A stretch of DNA of 64,000 nt from Thermoanaerobaculia bacterium (GCA_963816185.1 CAWFJJ010000021.1:1-64000), one strand, 5' to 3'; positions 41,028 through 50,395 are shown, counted from the stretch's first letter. Translations and numbers: made by a program. Notes: generated by a model not told the origin, from the letters alone.

Positions 41028-41420
41028 ATGGGAAGCGTTCCCTTCCGGCTCGATCAGGCTTCCGGCGTGCCGTTCTACCGCCAGGTCATCGACCAGGTCC
41101 TCCTCGCCGTCGCGGACGGGCGCCTGACGCCCGGGACGCAGCTCCCCACGGTGCGCCAGCTCGCGGTGGACCTTTCCGTGAACCTCAACACGATCGCGCG
41201 GGCCTACCGGGAGATGGAGATCCGGGGAATCGTCGAGACGCAACAGGGCACCGGCACGTTCGTCGCTCACCGTAAGCCCGAGAAGCGCACGGCGGAGCGC
41301 CGGAAAGCTCTCGAGCGCCTCGTCGACCAGTTCCTCTCTCTCGCGACCGCGCAGGGATTCACATCCGATGAGTTTGCCGACGCTCTTCTCGGGAAAACCG
41401 AGGAAGGCGGCAGGAGGTAG
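41028..41420 (+). CDS. GntR family regulator, YtrA subfamily
   Basis: PFYRQV, PGTQLPTVRQLA, NLNTIARAY, GTGTFV, short helical C-terminus. Confidence 0.92.
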   Translation: MGSVPFRLDQASGVPFYRQVIDQVLLAVADGRLTPGTQLPTVRQLAVDLSVNLNTIARAYREMEIRGIVETQQGTGTFVAHRKPEKRTAERRKALERLVDQFLSLATAQGFTSDEFADALLGKTEEGGRR

Positions 41421-41424
41421 CCCC

Positions 41425-42411
41425 ATGCTCGTCAGATCGATCCGTCGGCTTGCCGAAAAGGCGAAGGCGGAGGCAAGCATCCCCATGGAGCCGCGGAGGT
41501 CCGCTTCGGACAGGCGGCACCGCGAGAGCGAGAAAGACCTGCAGGCGCGCCGTTACGTCAGCGGCGTGAGTCTGCTCGCGTTCTGCCTCTCGCTCGCGGC
41601 CGGAGGCATCTTCGCGGGGATCACCGGCTCTCCGATCCCGTTCGTGGCGGCCGTTCTCGTCGGGATCGTCCTTCTGTTCTCTCTGAAGGTCGCAAACCAG
41701 TGGGAGCGAGCCGTCGTCCTGCGATTCGGGCGCTTCGTCGGCCTCAAGGGCCCCGGTCTCTTCGTCCTCGTCCCCGTCGTGGACCAGATCTCGCAGCTCG
41801 TGGACCAGCGCGTTCGTGTGACGGACGTTTCGGCGGAGTCCGCGCTCACGAAGGACACGGTCCCGGTGAACGTGGACGCGATCGTCTTCTGGACGGTGTG
41901 GGACGCACAGAAGGCCGTCCTCGAGGTCGCCGACTTCCTCGACGCGATCGCTCTCTCCGCGCAGACCGCTCTCCGCGAGACGATCGGCCGGCACATGCTC
42001 GCCGAGATGATCACGGAGCGCGAGCGGCTGGGAAAGCAGCTCCAGTCGATCCTCGACGAGAAGACGAACCCGTGGGGGATCACGGTGCAATCCGTCGAGA
42101 TCCGCGACGTGAAGATTCCTGCCGAGCTCGAGGATGCGATGTCGCGTCAGGCCCAGGCGGAACGCGAGCGACAGGCCCGCATCATCCTCGGAACGGCCGA
42201 GACCGAGATCGCCGAGCGGTTCGTGGCCGCGGGCGATGCCTACAAGGACCGCCCGCTCGCCCTCCATCTCCGAGCCATGAACATGCTCTACGAGGCCATC
42301 AAGGAGAAAGGCTCCATGGTCATCGTGCCGTCCAGCGCGGTCGAGACGATGGGCCTCGGCGGTCTCGCCGGGATGACGGCGCTCGGCCAGAAGAACCCGG
42401 CGGGGGAGTAG
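41425..42411 (+). CDS. SPFH/band-7 (slipin/stomatin-like) protein
   Basis: QWERAVVLRFG, LTKDTVPVNVDA, AQTALR, SVEIRDV, QAQAERERQAR. Confidence 0.92.
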   Translation: MLVRSIRRLAEKAKAEASIPMEPRRSASDRRHRESEKDLQARRYVSGVSLLAFCLSLAAGGIFAGITGSPIPFVAAVLVGIVLLFSLKVANQWERAVVLRFGRFVGLKGPGLFVLVPVVDQISQLVDQRVRVTDVSAESALTKDTVPVNVDAIVFWTVWDAQKAVLEVADFLDAIALSAQTALRETIGRHMLAEMITERERLGKQLQSILDEKTNPWGITVQSVEIRDVKIPAELEDAMSRQAQAERERQARIILGTAETEIAERFVAAGDAYKDRPLALHLRAMNMLYEAIKEKGSMVIVPSSAVETMGLGGLAGMTALGQKNPAGE

Positions 42412-42436
42412 GAAGACCGGGAGAGAGGAAGCCGTC

Positions 42437-42937
42437 GTGAGACAGCTGTTCGTCACGGTCAGGGCGCTGGTCTATGCGACGGGCTTCATATCCCTCTGGG
42501 GTTGGTTCGTGGCGACGGCCGTGCGTCTCGATCGGGCGGCCGGACGTGCGTTGCCGGCCGTTCCCGGGCTGCCTGAGGTCGGCATGACGCTCGCCATCGC
42601 CGGCGGCTTCCTCGCGTTGACCTGCGCGGTGCTCTTCGTCGCGCGCGGTGAGGGGACGCCCGCCCCGTTCGACGCTCCGAAGCGTTTCGTCGCGTCCGGT
42701 CCCTACCGCTTCGTGCGCAACCCGATGTACGTCGGCGCGATCACGCTGCTCGTCGGCCTCAGTCTCGTCCTCGACGCGCCATCCGTCTTCGGGGTCGCAT
42801 TCGTAGCGTTCTTCTTCTCCAACCTCTTCGTGGTCCTCGTGGAAGAGCCGGGCCTCACGCGCCGGTTCGGAGAGAGCTACCTCGCGTACAGGCGTGCGAC
42901 GAACCGGTGGATCCCGCGCGTTCCACGCGCTGTCTAG
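42437..42937 (+). CDS. Isoprenylcysteine carboxyl / phospholipid methyltransferase family membrane protein
   Basis: GTPAP, GPYRFVRNPMY, EEPGL..RFGESY..Y. Confidence 0.88.
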   Translation: MRQLFVTVRALVYATGFISLWGWFVATAVRLDRAAGRALPAVPGLPEVGMTLAIAGGFLALTCAVLFVARGEGTPAPFDAPKRFVASGPYRFVRNPMYVGAITLLVGLSLVLDAPSVFGVAFVAFFFSNLFVVLVEEPGLTRRFGESYLAYRRATNRWIPRVPRAV

Positions 42938-43371
42938 CCGGGGGAGATCTCCTCGTCCGGTCGCTTCTTCAGAAGGTGCGCGGCATAGGCGATGACGTAG
43001 ACGACGCCGAGCGCGGCGTGGATCCGCCCCGTCCACTGCCGCGCCAAGTCGCCCGTGAGGGCCTGGATGAGGGCGCCGGTGAGGATCATCGGCGCTGCAA
43101 GGGCAAGGAGACCTGAGCCGCTCGCGCGGCCGGGGTCCGTTCCGCTCTTCAGTCGCGCAAGCGCGTGGCCGCTGAAGATGAGGCCGAGGGCGAAGACGAG
43201 GAAGGGCGCCGCGAGGATGTGGAGCTTGAGCATGGGCTGCTGCCACGGATGCCCGACTCGCGAATCGGGGTCCGAACCCGTCAGGAAGTACTTCATGACG
43301 CCGTATGCGATCCCGGAGAGCCCGACGAAGGCACACGCGATGTGATTCAAGACGGCCGCCCCGCGCTTCAC
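42934..43371 (-). CDS. Small 4-TM His-containing membrane protein (cytochrome b-like candidate)
   Basis: Four hydrophobic segments with His pairs LKLH..SGH and RIH..AAH spaced 14 residues apart. Confidence 0.6.
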   Translation of the reverse strand: MKRGAAVLNHIACAFVGLSGIAYGVMKYFLTGSDPDSRVGHPWQQPMLKLHILAAPFLVFALGLIFSGHALARLKSGTDPGRASGSGLLALAAPMILTGALIQALTGDLARQWTGRIHAALGVVYVIAYAAHLLKKRPDEEISPG

Positions 43372-44045
43372 TTCCGCCTCTTCTCCTTCAGGAAGGCGTC
43401 CAGCGCGAGGACGCGGCGCGCCGCCTCGACGGTGACGCGCACCGTGATCGTCGCGCCCGTGACAGGCCGCACCCCTCGTTTTTCCGAGAGCTCGTCCGTC
43501 AGCGTCTTGCCGGAGAATTGCCCGTACCAGTTGGCACGCGGGAGATACTCCTCCGGCTCGGAAGAAGAGAGGATCTCGATCCGCGCGATCGCTCCCTTCG
43601 GATCGACGAGGACGAGCAGGGTCTCGGGCTCGGTACGCACGACGTGCGTGTCGAAGTAGACCGTGCCGAGGTCTGTGGCCGCGGAACTGCCCGTGTAGAA
43701 GACGACGAGGCCGGGCGGCGGCGCGCCGCCCGAGCGGCGCGCGACCTCGGCGCGGTCGGCCTCGGAGAGGAACGCCGTCTTCCGCGTCACGACCGTGCCC
43801 TTCGGAAACGCGAGGCGCAGCGCCTCTTCCTGAGTCAAGAAACTCTTCGCGAGAGAAAGAGAGGAAGAGAGGAGGAAAAGGAAGAAGAAGATTTCTTTGA
43901 ATGGAAAGAGAAAGAGGGGATGCGTCCCCGGCCGATCGGAGTCAAGGGTCGACGACCGCTGCGCGGCGCGCAAAGCGCGCCCTTGACGCCGATCGGCCGG
44001 TAACAGATTTCCATCTATCGGCGGCTGCATCAGCAGCCGCCGCAT
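43368..44045 (-). CDS. FMN-binding (flavinylation target) protein; start uncertain (44096 or 44045)
   Basis: VTGATIT motif, EEALRLAFP, DTHVVRT, EPEEY; in operon with ApbE. Confidence 0.8.
   Translation of the reverse strand: MRRLLMQPPIDGNLLPADRRQGRALRAAQRSSTLDSDRPGTHPLFLFPFKEIFFFLFLLSSSLSLAKSFLTQEEALRLAFPKGTVVTRKTAFLSEADRAEVARRSGGAPPPGLVVFYTGSSAATDLGTVYFDTHVVRTEPETLLVLVDPKGAIARIEILSSSEPEEYLPRANWYGQFSGKTLTDELSEKRGVRPVTGATITVRVTVEAARRVLALDAFLKEKRRK
43928..44000. repeat. REP-like hairpin with 21-bp arms (1 mismatch) inside the FMN-binding ORF 5' region
   Basis: CCGGCCGATCGGAGTCAAGGG (43928-43948) ... CCCTTGACGCCGATCGGCCGG (43980-44000). Confidence 0.85.
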
Positions 44046-44085
44046 ATAAGCAAAATCCGAATCTTCGGTCTTCTTCAATCTCGTT

Positions 44086-45465
44086 CTAAAACTCATATCC
44101 CAAAGCTACGTTCAACTGCTTCACCCCTGTGTACGCCGCGTTCCGCCGCCACTGGCCGTCGGCCTTCAGGACGATCTGCGGAATCGGCTTGAAGTTCACA
44201 CCCGCCGTGAAGACCCGCACGTCGCTCTCCGGATTTCGCGCGTAGCCCACGGGCACCTCCGCCTGGGTGTCGTAGGCCTCGTGTCTCACGAAAGGCGTGA
44301 GAGTCATCCGGCTCTTCGGGACGAGAGAGAAGACGTCGAAGCCCGCCTCGACGTACCAGCCTTCCTGCGTCTTTCCGACCGATTCGTCCCCCTCGAGGCC
44401 GTTCGCCTGATTGATGGCCGTCGCATCCTCGACCGTGGAGCGCGCCCACACCGCGCGAAAGGACGCGCCGCGGTACCGCGCGTCGAGGTGCAGGTCGACG
44501 AACGTCGTGCGGCCGGCGAAGGAGTCTCCCGAGGGCGTGACGTGTCCCTGCCCGGAGTTCCCGGAGAAGAACGAGCCGCCGACGAGGACGCCGGGCAGAC
44601 CCGTGTAGTCGAGCCGGCCGGTCACGGCGAAGCTTCTCGCGAGCGCGAGCGAGCCCTCGCCGCTGCCCTCCTTCAGGCCGTCGGCGGCATAGCGCGACGC
44701 GTCGAGCCCGTTCACGAAGTAGAGGCGCCACGAAAACGGTCCGACGTCGCCCCACCCGCCGACCCCGATCTCACGCCACGTCGAGGGAAGGATGATGGTC
44801 TCGACGTCCGGCCGCAGCGAGCCCAGGAAGACCGGCGGCTCGTGGAGCTGGTTGATGAGTCCCACGGGAATGAGCATGAGGCCCGCGCGGAGGTTGAAGG
44901 CCTTCGAGCGGCTGAGCCAGTCCAGGTAGGCGAATTCCGCTTCGGCCTCGCCCTCCTTGTCGGACGCCGTCACCGCATGCTCGAACTCGATCTCGCTGTT
45001 GAAGACGAAGCGATCGTCGAACTTGTAGCCGAAGTAGAGGACGGCTCGCGCGACGTCGACGATGGGCGTGAGGTTCGACCTAGACCCGTCCTGACGCACG
45101 GTCGAGAAGTCCTGGTAGATGGTCTCGCCGTAGCCGCCGATCGAGACGCCGTTCTTCGCGTAGACCTTCGAGGCCGACGGCCCCAGGCCGAGCGTGGGCG
45201 TCGACGGGGGAGCCGCAGCCGCGGCTGGCGTGCCCGGAGCGGGGGGAGGCTGCTGCGCCGGCGTTTCACCGAGGCGCATCGACTCGATCTCCTTCGTGAG
45301 CACGTCGACCTTCTGCTCGAGCTCCTTCAGGCGCTGCTCCCGCTCCTCGTCGGATTTCGGTGGCTCGTCTGCGAGGGCGGGGAGGGAGGGGAGAAGACTG
45401 CTTAGAAAGAGCAAGAGACCGATCGCGGCGGCACCGCGGAGGCGCGTCGAGAAGCGTTGGTTCAT
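44086..45465 (-). CDS. Outer-membrane beta-barrel / porin with N-terminal coiled coil
   Basis: Signal peptide, coiled coil, IGGYGE, FNSEIEFEH, HEP, C-terminal LGYEF. Confidence 0.82.
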   Translation of the reverse strand: MNQRFSTRLRGAAAIGLLLFLSSLLPSLPALADEPPKSDEEREQRLKELEQKVDVLTKEIESMRLGETPAQQPPPAPGTPAAAAAPPSTPTLGLGPSASKVYAKNGVSIGGYGETIYQDFSTVRQDGSRSNLTPIVDVARAVLYFGYKFDDRFVFNSEIEFEHAVTASDKEGEAEAEFAYLDWLSRSKAFNLRAGLMLIPVGLINQLHEPPVFLGSLRPDVETIILPSTWREIGVGGWGDVGPFSWRLYFVNGLDASRYAADGLKEGSGEGSLALARSFAVTGRLDYTGLPGVLVGGSFFSGNSGQGHVTPSGDSFAGRTTFVDLHLDARYRGASFRAVWARSTVEDATAINQANGLEGDESVGKTQEGWYVEAGFDVFSLVPKSRMTLTPFVRHEAYDTQAEVPVGYARNPESDVRVFTAGVNFKPIPQIVLKADGQWRRNAAYTGVKQLNVALGYEF

Positions 45466-46511
45466 GGTTGACCTCCTTCGGATTTCTTAGAACGAGCAAG
45501 AGGGAGAGGCGCTGGGGCGGGGGCAGCACGCGCGACGGACGTCCCCGGCGCGAGCACGGCCGACGGGGTCAGTTCGACGAACCTCTTCATTCCAGGCGAC
45601 ATGGAGACCCGCAGGCGTTGCCCCTCTTCTCCTTCGAAGAAAAACAGCGTTTCATGAGTGACGCCTTCTGCCCGTAGGCGCTCAGACAGCGCCAAGCCCT
45701 CTTCTGGTCCGAGGACGAAGAACGCCGTGGAGAGGATGTCTGCGGTGAGTCCGTCCTTCGCAACGACGGTGACGGAGCCGAAGTCGGGCGCGGGGTGGCC
45801 CGTCCGAGGGTCGAGAAGGTGGCCGATCCGCCGGCCATTCACGACGACAGATCGCTCGGAATTGCCCGAGGTGGAGGCGGACGCGCCCTTCAGGCGGAGT
45901 GTGGCAACGGTCCTCGCGCGATCGAGGGGAGAGGCGGCATCGACGGACGTGTCCTCGCCGAATACGAGGATCTGTCCGCCGAGGTCCAGCAGTCCGGAAG
46001 CGGCGCCGGCGTCGCGCATCGCGGCCGCCGCTCGGTCGAGTGCCCACCCTTTACCCCAGGCGCCTTCGTCGATGCCCGCGGCGGCGTCGTGCCGCGAGAC
46101 CGACGAAGAGGATTCTTCGAAGGAAAAGAGGGACGGGTCGGTGGCTCGGCGCGCGGCGAGCAGCTCCGCGAAGCCCGGAATGCGTCCTCCGTTGCGAAGC
46201 CCCCATGCCCTCACGAGAGGTGCCACCGCCGGGTCGAACGCACCGCCGGTTCGTTTCTCCCAATCGAAGACACTTGTCAGCAACGCGAAGAGCTCCGGCG
46301 GAATTCGCGTCGCGACGCCGGGTGCTGCGGCGTTCAAGCGGGCGAGGGGAGTGTCTTCCCGCCAGGTGGAGAGGAGCGCCTCGATCCGCTCGATCTCCCG
46401 CACCCCCGCTTCGCTCGCCGTGAGCGCCGCGCTCCGCGTCGGAGCGGAGACCGTCAAAGCCAGCGCGGTCCCCATGGCCGCGAGATGGCGGACGATCGTC
46501 TCGTTGCTCAT
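45462..46511 (-). CDS. apbE: FAD:protein FMN transferase
   Basis: AMGT, TGGAFDPAV, WGKGWALD, DLGG, STSGNSER, GHLLDPRTG, ADILSTA. Confidence 0.92.
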   Translation of the reverse strand: MSNETIVRHLAAMGTALALTVSAPTRSAALTASEAGVREIERIEALLSTWREDTPLARLNAAAPGVATRIPPELFALLTSVFDWEKRTGGAFDPAVAPLVRAWGLRNGGRIPGFAELLAARRATDPSLFSFEESSSSVSRHDAAAGIDEGAWGKGWALDRAAAAMRDAGAASGLLDLGGQILVFGEDTSVDAASPLDRARTVATLRLKGASASTSGNSERSVVVNGRRIGHLLDPRTGHPAPDFGSVTVVAKDGLTADILSTAFFVLGPEEGLALSERLRAEGVTHETLFFFEGEEGQRLRVSMSPGMKRFVELTPSAVLAPGTSVARAAPAPAPLPLARSKKSEGGQP

Positions 46512-46559
46512 GCGACTCAGTCTCAATCGCAATCTACCGATTGCCGGGACGCGCGTCAA
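46511..46559 (-). promoter_or_regulatory. Sigma70 promoter with Fur-like 7-1-7 box upstream of apbE
   Basis: TTGACG-N17-TAGATT then TGAGACT-G-AGTCGCA (46525-46511). Confidence 0.7.
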
Positions 46560-46573
46560 GCCGTGCAGTTGCT

Positions 46574-47284
46574 TCAGCCGGCGGGGCTCGGGCCGGCGGG
46601 GCTTGGGGCGCCGTCCCGAAAGACGTCGGCGGGAGCGCCGCGGGCCGCGAGGTGGCCCGCGTAAAGGACGACGACCTCGTCCGCGAGCGCGACGACTTCG
46701 GCCGCCTCGTGAGTGACGTAGAGGATCGGCAGCGGGAAGGCCGCCTTGACCTTCAGAAGGTGCTCGAGGACCCTCTCCTTGAGCGGACGGTCGAGGCCGG
46801 AGAGGGGCTCGTCGAGGAGCAGGATCTCAGGCGCCGAAAGGAGGGCACGGCCCAGCGCAACGCGGCGCTTCTCGCCGCCGGAAAGCGTCGCGGGGCTTCT
46901 GTGGAGAAGCGTTGCGAGTCCCAGGGTGTCGACGATGCGATCCTCCTCGAGGGGGGCCTGGCGGGCAACGCCGCGGCCCGCCCCGTAGCGCAGGTTGCCG
47001 GCGACGGAGAGATGGGGGAACAGCGAATCGTCCTGCGTGACGTATCCGACGGCCCGCAGGCGCGGCGGCACGCGGACTCCCGCGCCTGCGTCGTCGAGCA
47101 CACGGCCGAAAAGGACGATTCGTCCGCTCTGCGGGTGCCTCAGCCCCGCGACGGCCTCGAGGAGCGACGTCTTGCCGGCGCCCGACGGCCCGAAGACGGC
47201 CGTGACGTGGGCGCTCAACGTGACGTCGAGCTCGAGTGCGAAGGGCGTGAGGGGCAGGCGGAAGCCTTCGAGCGAGAGCGTCAC
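46574..47284 (-). CDS. modC: Molybdate ABC ATPase (no TOBE)
   Basis: GPSGAGKT, LFPHLSV, LSGGEKRRVALGRAL, LLDEP, YVTH. Confidence 0.9.
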   Translation of the reverse strand: MTLSLEGFRLPLTPFALELDVTLSAHVTAVFGPSGAGKTSLLEAVAGLRHPQSGRIVLFGRVLDDAGAGVRVPPRLRAVGYVTQDDSLFPHLSVAGNLRYGAGRGVARQAPLEEDRIVDTLGLATLLHRSPATLSGGEKRRVALGRALLSAPEILLLDEPLSGLDRPLKERVLEHLLKVKAAFPLPILYVTHEAAEVVALADEVVVLYAGHLAARGAPADVFRDGAPSPAGPSPAG

Positions 47285-47958
47285 GTGTTCGTCCGGCGCT
47301 TCAGCCAGACCTCCGACAGAAAGATGGCGCCGAACGCGAGCGCCGCCGAGACGGCGAGAAGACCATACGCGCGCCCGTCCACGCCGGTCTGCACGTCGTT
47401 GTAGATTGCCGTTGCGATCGTCGTGGTGCGACCCGGAATGTTCCCCGCGACGAGGATCGTGGCGCCGAACTCGCCGAGAGCGCGCGCGAACGCGAGAAGG
47501 AGGCCCGCGGCGATTCCGCGCGAGGCCAGGGGGAGCGTGATGGTCCAAAGGACGCGCGCTTCGTTCGCCCCGAGGGTCCGCGCGACGGCCTCGAGACGAG
47601 GGTTCACCTCCTCGAAGGCGACGCGCGCGGTGCGCACGAGCAAGGGAAGGGACATCACCATCATCGCGACGACGACGGCTTTCCATGTGAAGACCACGTC
47701 CATGCCGAAAAGGGAGCGCGCGGCCCGCCCGCCCGGCCCGCGCCTGCCGAGAAACTTCAGGAGCAGGAGCCCGGTCGCGACGGGCGGGAGGACGAGCGGA
47801 AGCGAGACGAGCGTCTCGAGGAGGGCCTTTCCCGGAAAGAGCCGTCGCGCGAGGAGAAACGCGAGCGCGAGCCCGAAGGGCGCGAGGAGGAGGACGGCGA
47901 AAGCCGCCACCCGCACGGTGAACCAGACGACGGGCAGGTCCACGGCGAGCTCGGACAC
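47281..47958 (-). CDS. modB: Molybdate ABC permease
   Basis: LPLVLPPVATG, FARALGEFGAT..AGNIPG. Confidence 0.93.
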   Translation of the reverse strand: MSELAVDLPVVWFTVRVAAFAVLLLAPFGLALAFLLARRLFPGKALLETLVSLPLVLPPVATGLLLLKFLGRRGPGGRAARSLFGMDVVFTWKAVVVAMMVMSLPLLVRTARVAFEEVNPRLEAVARTLGANEARVLWTITLPLASRGIAAGLLLAFARALGEFGATILVAGNIPGRTTTIATAIYNDVQTGVDGRAYGLLAVSAALAFGAIFLSEVWLKRRTNT

Positions 47959-47960
47959 GT

Positions 47961-48659
47961 TCAGTTCTTCACGAGGAAGCCGTATCGGACGAAGACCTCT
48001 CGGGCGGCTTTCGAAGAAAGGTATTCGAGGAATTTCCGTGCCGCTGCCTCGCGGGGAGCACCCTTCACGAGAGCGAAAGGATAGGAAATCGAAGGTCCGG
48101 TTGCGGCCGGAACCTCGAAGGCGACGCGCACCCGCTTCGAGATCGCGGCATCGGTCCGGTAGACGAGTCCGGCGTCGACGTTTCCGGACTCGACGGCGGC
48201 GAGCGTAGCCCGGGCGTTCTCGGTCGGAACGACCTTCGATGCGACGGCCCCCCAGATCCCGGCCCTTTCGAAGAAATTCTTCGAATAGACCCCCACGGGA
48301 ACCGACGTCGGTTCTGCAATTGCGAGCGTCCCGACGCGCGGCCCGGCGAGGTCCTTCTCCGAAACGATTTTCAGCGGGCTTCCCGCCGGCACGACGACAA
48401 CGAGCTCGTTCGAAAGGACGCTGCGGCGCGTCTCCGGCACGAGGAGCCCGGCTTTCTGAAGCGTGTCCATCTGGGCTTCGTCCGCCGAAAGAAAGAGATC
48501 AGCGGGCGCCCCTTCGCGGATCTGCCGGGCGAGCGTGCTGGAGGATGCGAAGTTGAAAGCGATCTTCTCCCCGCCGCTCTTTTCCCACGCCGTCCCGATC
48601 GCCGTCAGGGCGTCCGTCAGGCTCGCGGCGGCGAAGACGAGAACGAGAGCTTCCTTCAT
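47961..48659 (-). CDS. modA: Molybdate-binding protein
   Basis: FAAASLTDA, ASSSTLARQI..GAPADLFLSAD, VPVGVY, GLVYRTD; no obvious signal peptide from this start. Confidence 0.9.
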   Translation of the reverse strand: MKEALVLVFAAASLTDALTAIGTAWEKSGGEKIAFNFASSSTLARQIREGAPADLFLSADEAQMDTLQKAGLLVPETRRSVLSNELVVVVPAGSPLKIVSEKDLAGPRVGTLAIAEPTSVPVGVYSKNFFERAGIWGAVASKVVPTENARATLAAVESGNVDAGLVYRTDAAISKRVRVAFEVPAATGPSISYPFALVKGAPREAAARKFLEYLSSKAAREVFVRYGFLVKN

Positions 48660-48684
48660 CCTGATGTCACTCAGGATATACAGG
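48660..48684 (-). promoter_or_regulatory. ModE-like operator
   Basis: CCTG-TATAT-CCTGAGT-GACAT-CAGG resembles TATAT-N7-TAYAT directly before modA. Confidence 0.55.
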
Positions 48685-48708
48685 AACGAGGATCGTTTCT
48701 CTTCTCGG

Positions 48709-49146
48709 CTATTTCTTCTTCCCCGCCCGCGCCGCCTTCTTGATGAGGCCGGTCGCGGCCTTCGCGTCCGCCTCGTTCCCGAAGCCGAAGATCGCCGAGA
48801 ACTTCCGGCCGATGACCTGGGCCACCAGGAAATCGAGGTTGATCCCGGCGTCGGCGATGGCGCGCGCGAGCGCGTGGCCGAGGCCCGGCCGGTCGTCTCC
48901 CTCGACGAGGAGCGTCGGGATCGTGGAGGCCCCGAGGCCTTCCGACTCCGCGGCGGCGACCGCCTTCTTTCCGGAGACCGGCGACACCTCGATGACGGCG
49001 GTGCCGGTTCCGGGCTGCTTGTAGCCCATCGCGACTTTCAGGCTCGTTCCCTGCGCGGCGAGCGGTCTGAGCGTTTCCGCCATGAGGCCGGGACGGTCCC
49101 CCGACTCACGGCGCCAGAGCGTGATCTTCTTGACGGTGATGGCCAT
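48709..49146 (-). CDS. Tandem ACT-domain protein
   Basis: DRPGLMA and DDRPGLG..AGINL repeats. Confidence 0.8.
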   Translation of the reverse strand: MAITVKKITLWRRESGDRPGLMAETLRPLAAQGTSLKVAMGYKQPGTGTAVIEVSPVSGKKAVAAAESEGLGASTIPTLLVEGDDRPGLGHALARAIADAGINLDFLVAQVIGRKFSAIFGFGNEADAKAATGLIKKAARAGKKK

Positions 49147-49229
49147 GGTCGACTCCTTTCGCGCGAAATCCCCCAAAGACCAAGCTAGGGACGGAACGCC
49201 GGGAAATCAAGCGGAAGAAGGGGAATGCC

Positions 49230-50388
49230 TCAGACGGGCGCCTTCGCGTCGATGTCGGCCACCACGACGTCGATTCCTTCGGCACCCTCGAGGACGCGCT
49301 GGACAATGCCCGGCGCGATGCGCCCCCACAGGCCCCTCCGGGACGGGCGCCCCATCAGGAGAACGCCCACCCGCTCCTCGTGAACGAAATCCAGGATCGC
49401 AGCCGGCCACGTCCTCGGATTCGCGATAGACGATCGTGGCTCCGAGCGTCATCGCGAGCTGGATGTTCTCCGTGAGCTCCCGGTGCCGCGACGCCGAAAG
49501 GTTCTCGGGCCGATCCCTCTTCCGCCTCACATAGAGCGCATACCAGCGCGTGTTCATGCGGCCGGCCATGCGCGAGCCGCGCCGGATGAGGACGCGCGCC
49601 GCCACCGGATCGAGGGGCAGCGCGACGGCGACGCGAATCGCCGGAGCGATCCCCGGAAGGGAGCCGCCGGTCTCGGTCGGACCGTGGTCGACGTTCTCGG
49701 CCGTCTCGCGCAGGGCGAGCTCGCGCAGGGCGCGGAGGTTGTCTTCCCGGAAGAAGTTCTCGAGCGCGGCCTCCGCCTGCGCCGGTGGGTAGATCTTGCC
49801 CTGCCGCAGCCGGTCCCTCAGCTCCGGGCCCGGCAGGTCGACGTTCACGATCGCATCGGCATCGCGAATGACGCGGTCCGGGACGCGCTCTTTCACCTCG
49901 AGGCCGGTCGCGGATTTGACGACATCCTGGACGCCCTCGAGATGCTGGACGTTGCACGCGGTCATGACGGAGATGCCCGCCGCGAGGAGGTCCTCCACGT
50001 CCTGCCAGCGCTTTTCGTTCTTGCCGCCGGGAGCGTTCGTGTGCGGGAGCTCGTCGACGACCGCGACCTCGGGCTTCCTCGCAAGGACCGCGTCGAGATC
50101 CATCTCCTCGAGGACGGTCCCCTTGTAATCCACGCGGCGGCGGGGGATCACCTCGAGGTCGCCGACCCGCGCTCCCGTGTCCGCCCGGCCATGGGTCTCG
50201 ACGAGCGCGACGACGACGTCGACGCCGCGCGCGCGCATCGCGTTCGCGTCGTCGAGCATCCGGAACGTCTTGCCGACGCCCGCGGCCTGGCCGAGGTAGA
50301 CCTTCAGGTGCCCGCGCTTCGGATCGCGCGAGGCGAGCTTGAGAAACTCCTCCGGATCGGGGCGATCACGTTCGGTGCGCGGCGGCAC
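49230..50388 (-). CDS. kdpD: Stand-alone KdpD N-terminal + Usp protein (split KdpD); +1 frameshift near 49405
   Basis: LKVYLGQAAGVGKT, ETHGR, EEMDLDA, VDELPH, KRWQDV, NVQHLE; canonical Usp end AILDFVHEERVGVLLMGRP..IDVVV continues in another frame to TGA 49230. Confidence 0.85.
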
Positions 50389-50395
50389 GCGCTCA

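Noticed and set aside
48268-48286. Near-palindrome TTCGAAGAAATTCTTCGAA in modA
   Set aside because: Explained by ordinary codons (SKNFFE) and lacks the purine flanks; not counted.
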